DNA from: Candidatus Woesearchaeota archaeon | GTDB lineage: Archaea; Nanobdellota; Nanobdellia; SCGC-AAA011-G17; JACPNG01 | Direction of reading: 5' to 3' | DNA length: 40,729 nucleotides | Assembly: GCA_017609525.1 (NCBI GenBank) | Contig: JAFCDT010000001.1 | Location: forward strand, 1-40,729 | Part shown: positions 36,447 to 40,729 of the stretch, piece by piece | How positions within the stretch are numbered: the first letter of the stretch is position 1 | How the letters are laid out: each line of letters opens with the position of its first letter | Notes under the pieces: model-generated | What the model saw: only the letters and a program-made list of their open reading frames with translations | Told to the model about the DNA's origin: nothing | Databases searched by the model: none | Translations under genes and position numbers: made by a program

Positions 36447-36956
36447 TTAATATCTTGTATCTCTTTCAGAACTAAACCCCTCATTTCTTAAAAAACTTTC
36501 GTATTCAGCCTGTACACCGTCCCCACTCTCCTTAGCTAATCTTCTTTCTATTTCCCAAACTCCCTCTCTTTTATCTTGATCTCTTAATTTTTTGATAAAT
36601 TCCCTTTGTTTTCTTCTCTTTCTTTTTTTAACTATCTCTCCAATACGCTCTCTTCTTCCTTCAAAAAAACCTGAAAGGTTTGTATAGATATCAAGACTCC
36701 TCAACTTTCTTTTAATAAAACCATGTGTAATTGCCATAGCAACAAGCGAGGATAATTCTCTTTCCCTTAAAGCCAAACCCTTGTCAATACAGTTTTGCAT
36801 AACAGAAGGATATTTTTGCGAATAATACCCTCCAAATTCCTTTACAATCCCTTCTATCTCATCAGAACGATTATAATTACCTAAAACCTTCTCTAAAATA
36901 TTACATCCCATCCGATAAATATTACCAGGGGAGTTTGTTAGTACTTTTTGTTTCAT
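36447..36956 (-). CDS. Hypothetical protein with basic KRKRRKQR patch, upstream of rpl35ae
   Basis: Start placed at MKQKV (36956), with TATA-like TTTTAAATAC about 35-40 nt upstream. The track ORF extends to 36986. No motif recognised. Confidence 0.5.
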   Translation of the reverse strand: MKQKVLTNSPGNIYRMGCNILEKVLGNYNRSDEIEGIVKEFGGYYSQKYPSVMQNCIDKGLALRERELSSLVAMAITHGFIKRKLRSLDIYTNLSGFFEGRRERIGEIVKKRKRRKQREFIKKLRDQDKREGVWEIERRLAKESGDGVQAEYESFLRNEGFSSERDTRY

Positions 36957-37010
36957 TTTTTCTGTATTAAAGAAGTAAATTAACAAGTAAAGTATTTAAA
37001 AATCTTTCTA

Positions 37011-38768
37011 TTAGTAATTAACCAAAATCTGTATATTCTTGCCAAATAAAGACCTTAAATCCTCAAAAATTGTCTCTTTGATAAACACCCTGGCTGGAAC
37101 AGTAACCTTGGCAATATACTTTTCAAACTCTTCTAAACTGCTCTTCCTTAAATTAACCAGTCTTCCATTCTTAATATCAGCCATATCAATCTTATCTTTT
37201 TCCTTGATATTGTTGGTAATAAAAGCAACATTATCCAATAATAAAACCTCTCCAAACTCCTTGCCGTACTTAAATCTGATCTTTGCTCTTTCTAATTCAA
37301 TACTTTTCTGTCTTTGAATATAATCAACCAATGTCTTAATAAAAAGCCTTGCTTCTTTATTTGCCTTAACAACCTCTTGTTTGCTCATCTTTCCTTTGTC
37401 ATATTCTTTCTTAGTCTTAATAACATTTTTTAAGATTCTAAGATACTTCTCAGGAATTAAGCCTTTGTCAACCAGCACTGTTTTAAATAATTGGTCTATT
37501 TTAGTAACAGTGATTTTTTTCTCTCCTGTTAGAAACAATGCATCTCTTGTAATTGCCACACAGGTATCATATGTATTCAAAATGCTTTCTTGTTCACGTT
37601 TTTTGTCCATTTGATCAAATAGTTTTTTTATTCTCTTTAAATAATCATCAATAGTATCTAGTAAATCATCAATATCTTTTCCCTTAATTGCTTTAATCTT
37701 CCCATGCTCAACATCTTTATAGTATTGTCTCACTTTCTCTAAAACATTAACATATTTCTTCTCCAATAGTTTCTCTTTTTTAACAAATATTTCGTCTAAT
37801 AACTTAACAGTTTCTTTTGGAGTTGGTGGCGGAATTCCATACAACATCAATGCTGCTTGTGCAGGATTCATAGCTGCATAAAATAAATCCTCTCCAATAA
37901 TTCCAAGCAATTTAGCCCTGGTTCTTTGAACAAGCCTTTCCCCAATCTCCATATTCATATCAATTGCTTCAGGGCTTGGTTTTATTCTGCCCATCTTCAA
38001 TAATAATTTCCATGGCATGAATACACCACGGTCAAATAATGGGACTCCATCTCTAAGCATTGTAAAAATAACAGGATTTGCGTCCTTTATACTATCCCAA
38101 AAATCAGTTAAGATATATGTTTGAACATGGAATTGAACCCCTTTTAATCCAGCCATCTGTCCTGCCTGAAGACCCATGCCTTGAATAATTGCTCTTAATT
38201 TATCCTTTAATTCAACCCTTGGCATCCTTTTAACATCAGTATCATCTACAACTACAAAAACATCAATATCATTATAATTTGCATCTCCTCTAAATAAACT
38301 TCCAACAGCAATATAACTCAAGATATATCTCTCAAACTTCTTGACAGCCATATTCTTATGAATTTCAGCTGCTTTTAATGCACCCAACATTCCCTTATCA
38401 AATACTAAATGCCCCTTACCAATATCAGCAAGAATATCCCATTTAGCATCATACATTGCTTCTCTTAAATCAGAAATTAACATTGTCTCTGATTTGAAAA
38501 GCGGATCGGTTTCCTTAGCTATTTCATCAACAACATTGATTATTTTTTCTCTTAACTCCATTTTATTCATCTTTTTACTGTCATGGTCATCTATAAGAAC
38601 AAACAAATTAACAGTTTTAGAATTTTTTTCACCTTTTAACAAAGGAAAAACAGCAATACCAACAACATATTTATCAAATTTTTTTAAAACAGCTTTCTTA
38701 AATTTATTAATTTTATCTTTATGTTTCTCTAATTTTTTTTTAACATCCTCAGAAATAACAACTTCCAT
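37011..38768 (-). CDS. Tandem nucleotidyltransferase-domain protein with HEPN-like helical domains
   Basis: 585 aa. A degenerate first NTase (VGIAVFPL...VNLFVLIDD) is followed by an intact second one (VGSLFRGDANYNDIDVFVVVDD). GRIKPSPEAI and PAQAALMLYGIPPPTPKE blocks are shared with 29105-29911. Confidence 0.75.
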   Translation of the reverse strand: MEVVISEDVKKKLEKHKDKINKFKKAVLKKFDKYVVGIAVFPLLKGEKNSKTVNLFVLIDDHDSKKMNKMELREKIINVVDEIAKETDPLFKSETMLISDLREAMYDAKWDILADIGKGHLVFDKGMLGALKAAEIHKNMAVKKFERYILSYIAVGSLFRGDANYNDIDVFVVVDDTDVKRMPRVELKDKLRAIIQGMGLQAGQMAGLKGVQFHVQTYILTDFWDSIKDANPVIFTMLRDGVPLFDRGVFMPWKLLLKMGRIKPSPEAIDMNMEIGERLVQRTRAKLLGIIGEDLFYAAMNPAQAALMLYGIPPPTPKETVKLLDEIFVKKEKLLEKKYVNVLEKVRQYYKDVEHGKIKAIKGKDIDDLLDTIDDYLKRIKKLFDQMDKKREQESILNTYDTCVAITRDALFLTGEKKITVTKIDQLFKTVLVDKGLIPEKYLRILKNVIKTKKEYDKGKMSKQEVVKANKEARLFIKTLVDYIQRQKSIELERAKIRFKYGKEFGEVLLLDNVAFITNNIKEKDKIDMADIKNGRLVNLRKSSLEEFEKYIAKVTVPARVFIKETIFEDLRSLFGKNIQILVNY

Positions 38769-38793
38769 ACTGATTTTCTAATATATAAGATAT

Positions 38794-39000
38794 TTAAAGG
38801 TTTTGGTCTATCAATTGAATATTGTCTAATGGGCTTTTTATTGTAATTAGTCTTGGTTTTATTGTATGCAGGTAAGTTAATGTTATTCTTGCTTCATTAT
38901 AGCCCAATAGTGACTGCACAGCTGTAATATCATTTCCGTTTTCTAATAAATGAGTAGCAAAACTATGTCTTAAGGTATTGTATGAACATTTTTCTTGATT
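38794..39000 (-). pseudogene. Tyrosine recombinase/integrase C-terminal remnant
   Basis: Hand translation of the minus strand: ...[47 protein letters not shown]...*. This is the [20 protein letters not shown]....T..Y.H catalytic-Tyr region. The frame has no start codon or N-terminal domains. Confidence 0.7.
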
Positions 39001-39062
39001 ATACGAGCTTGTCCTCCTCCCACCTAAGATGTAAACTTTTATATATAGAATTAGATTTTATT

Positions 39063-39614
39063 ATGAACATGCTAAACAAAATCAGAGAGCTAATTAAAAA
39101 CGAAGCTGATGAAGCTGATTGGAAGTATCATCTTGTTCCAGTCGTGAAGTATGCAAAAAAACTGGCAAAAGCAATGAATGCCAATGAAGAAGTTGTTGAA
39201 CTAGCTGCTTTACTTCATGATATAGGCAGATTACGTTTCGGTGGAGAAAATCATAATATTACTGGTATTCCTGAAGCTGAGAAAATTTTAAAAGAACATA
39301 ATGCCCCGCAAGATGTTATTGATGAAGTAAAGCATTGCATTGAATCTCATCGTGGAAAAAAAGAGATTCCACCAAAAACAACTATTTCAAAAATAATCGC
39401 TAATGCAGATGCAATGGCCCATTTTGATATTTTGCCGGCTTTTTTCTATTGGCTTTCAAAGAAACAAACATTTGAAGAGGCTTTCAGGTGGATTGATAGT
39501 AAAATTGATAGAGACTGGAACAGAAAATTAACTCTACCAGAGGCAAGAGAGATGATGGAAGAAAAGTACAAAGCAATAAAATTAGTTCTTAAATCTAATG
39601 AAGAATATATGTAA
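39063..39614 (+). CDS. HD-domain metal-dependent phosphohydrolase
   Basis: The AALLHDIGR HD motif plus downstream H and D residues. Start placed at MNMLNK (39063), with TATA-like TTTATATAT about 20 nt upstream. The track ORF from 38982 overlaps the integrase remnant. Confidence 0.75.
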   Translation: MNMLNKIRELIKNEADEADWKYHLVPVVKYAKKLAKAMNANEEVVELAALLHDIGRLRFGGENHNITGIPEAEKILKEHNAPQDVIDEVKHCIESHRGKKEIPPKTTISKIIANADAMAHFDILPAFFYWLSKKQTFEEAFRWIDSKIDRDWNRKLTLPEAREMMEEKYKAIKLVLKSNEEYM

Positions 39615-39758
39615 TGGTAGGCTGTGGACAACGCTTCGGGGACGCGGCGCTTAAAATTCTTTCAGAATCTTACCCTTGTATAACATCGATTATGTCTAAC
39701 TAATTTTGGGATTTTTTTTATAGTAAAACTTATATAATTTAAAACTTTAGTATTAATT

Positions 39759-39938
39759 ATGTATCCTGCTGAATCAAGAAAAGATATAAAATGGCTTGAA
39801 GATTTCTTATCAGGTTATCGGCCATTTTCAGATTCTGATGGTGATAAGATAATTGCAGAGATTAGATATGATCCTAAAACCAATACAGTAGAATTTGTAG
39901 CAGCATCTGCAAAAGATTCAGACTATAAACCTTCCTGA
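39759..39938 (+). CDS. Small hypothetical protein (59 aa)
   Basis: Not in the ORF track. MYPAESRKDIKWLEDFLSGYRPFSDSDGDKIIAEIRYDPKTNTVEFVAASAKDSDYKPS. TATA-like CTTATATAAT lies about 25 nt upstream, and the composition is non-repetitive. Confidence 0.35.
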   Translation: MYPAESRKDIKWLEDFLSGYRPFSDSDGDKIIAEIRYDPKTNTVEFVAASAKDSDYKPS

Positions 39939-39994
39939 TTACAAACCCCAAAACCATAGTAGAATTTATATATATCAATAACCCAACCAGAAAT

Positions 39995-40534
39995 ATGAAA
40001 ATTGGGTTTGCAATACTATTGGATAATGAAAGCCACAATTATGCCCGTAAATTAGAGTTAGAACTCTGTAAGAATTTTGGCTTATGCTGGGGTTTAAAGC
40101 AAAGCCCCCATATAACAATAAAAGCACCATTCGAAACAGAAGAGCTAGATCCTTTTATAGAATACCTTGAAGATCTAGCTAAAGAAATCGTGCCTTTCGA
40201 GATTGAATTAGCGGGTTTTAATTATTTTGAACCCAAAACAATTTTTATTGATGTTAAAGAAAATCCTAAGCTTAAAGAACTACACTCTCATATTTTGAAA
40301 GATATGAAAGAAAAATTTGGTATTGAACCTAATGAATTTGAAGGAGAAAATGTAAAATTTCATTCTACTATTGCTCTTGAGGATGTTACAGAAGAAAAAT
40401 TCAAAAAAGCAAAAGAATATTTAAAGAAATATACTCCAAATTTCAAGTTTAAAGCAAAGACGCTTGGGCTTTTCTATTATCTTGGGGATGATGCCGGTTG
40501 GATTATCATAAGAAGAATAGATATTAAGTCTTAA
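39995..40534 (+). CDS. 2H phosphoesterase superfamily protein (LigT / 2'-5' RNA ligase-like cyclic phosphodiesterase)
   Basis: 179 aa with two HxTx motifs (HITI, HSTI) about 80 residues apart, as in 2H enzymes. Confidence 0.7.
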   Translation: MKIGFAILLDNESHNYARKLELELCKNFGLCWGLKQSPHITIKAPFETEELDPFIEYLEDLAKEIVPFEIELAGFNYFEPKTIFIDVKENPKLKELHSHILKDMKEKFGIEPNEFEGENVKFHSTIALEDVTEEKFKKAKEYLKKYTPNFKFKAKTLGLFYYLGDDAGWIIIRRIDIKS

Positions 40535-40564
40535 CATTTTCTCGCAATTCATTCATTACTAATA

Positions 40565-40729
40565 TTAAGAAGTCTGGCAGATTGTTTCAAGTTTATCTTC
40601 TTTGTCCCTTAACTCTTTAATTTCTGACTCGGGAATTCTTTTATACTCCATAAGTAAATGAGATAGGATTGGAATCTGGACTTCTCCTTTAAAAACATCT
40701 TGTGTTTGTTGAAAACCCTGAACAATAGA
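40565..40729 (-). CDS. Hypothetical protein, C-terminal fragment truncated by the window edge
   Basis: The minus-strand frame is open from the window end to TAA at 40565-40567 (...PILSHLLMEYKRIPESEIKELRDKEDKLETICQTS*). Confidence 0.35.
   Translation of the reverse strand, partial: SIVQGFQQTQDVFKGEVQIPILSHLLMEYKRIPESEIKELRDKEDKLETICQTS

Noticed and set aside
234-39631. About 45 ORFs in the track lie antisense to or inside stronger genes. Examples: 234-458, 718-984, 985-1179, 1163-1366, 2524-2784, 3228-3413, 7850-8122, 9819-10016, 11847-12270, 12624-12806, 12919-13719, 14976-15191, 15504-15849, 15896-16141, 16524-16739, 17073-17694, 18678-19823, 21004-21222, 22017-22226, 27622-28636, 28870-29274, 30205-30411, 30978-31850, 34917-35669, 36259-36450, 37039-37614, 38494-38781, 39446-39631.
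   Set aside because: They have Leu/Phe/Ser/Ile-rich low-complexity translations, typical of the reverse strand of Lys/Glu-rich genes. Each is fully overlapped by an ORF with recognisable motifs, so I treat them as shadow ORFs.
39620-39650. GC-rich patch downstream of the HD gene, examined as a possible tRNA, split-tRNA half or structured ncRNA.
   Set aside because: I could build no acceptor/T-arm complementarity, no GTTCRAAT-like T-loop and only trivial 3-5 bp stems. It is kept only as a possible att or element scar within the integrase-remnant finding.
1-40729. Window-wide scan for CRISPR arrays, rRNA/tRNA genes, IS elements, CIRCE operators and inteins in RtcB, DnaK and PEP synthase.
   Set aside because: By eye I saw no regularly spaced direct repeats, no tRNA-like GC-rich cloverleaf segments and no transposase motifs. 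The proteins have normal lengths without intein blocks. A computational scan (tRNAscan-SE, Infernal, a CRISPR finder) is still advisable.

Overview
This is an AT-rich (roughly 30% GC by eye), gene-dense archaeal chromosome segment with a Lys-rich proteome. It fits best with a small-genome DPANN-type archaeon. Archaeal housekeeping genes are clear: archease-RtcB, class I CCA-adding enzyme, SepF, proteasome beta, aCPSF1/FttA, the L7Ae-S28e-L24e-NDK cluster (L24e is missing from the ORF track), L35Ae-L10e, archaeal GluRS, PEP synthase and an ABC-2 transporter. There are also bacterial-type modules: hsp20-grpE-dnaK-dnaJ and signal peptidase II. I found no rRNA, tRNA, CRISPR array or intact mobile element; the only mobile trace is a C-terminal tyrosine-recombinase remnant at 38.8-39.0 kb. 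The best candidate for an undescribed system is the ~9 kb block at 21.0-29.9 kb, made of two divergently transcribed operons of uncharacterised genes around an 82-bp control region. The minus-strand operon looks envelope-related: a Gly-rich membrane protein, a small Cys-containing protein, an M64-like HEFGHxxxxxxDEY metallopeptidase, a secreted anchored protein, three tandem divergent ~165-aa paralogs and LspA. The plus-strand operon has four translationally coupled genes: a 489-aa unknown protein, a disordered protein, an endonuclease IV-like TIM barrel that keeps all Nfo metal-ligand motifs but carries a ~240-aa insertion, and a KNTase-like nucleotidyltransferase. Other points of interest are listed below.
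- A stop-free but start-less 120-codon frame lies between archease and rtcB.
- Two extra ORFs (DUF3467-like and an Arg-rich 85-aa ORF) sit inside the hsp70 operon.
- A ~22-nt motif is shared by two promoters of unknown genes.
- The L7Ae leader contains a K-turn-like structure.
- A Lys-poor 149-aa protein has strong expression signals.
All functional calls come from reading motifs by eye; no database search was run.
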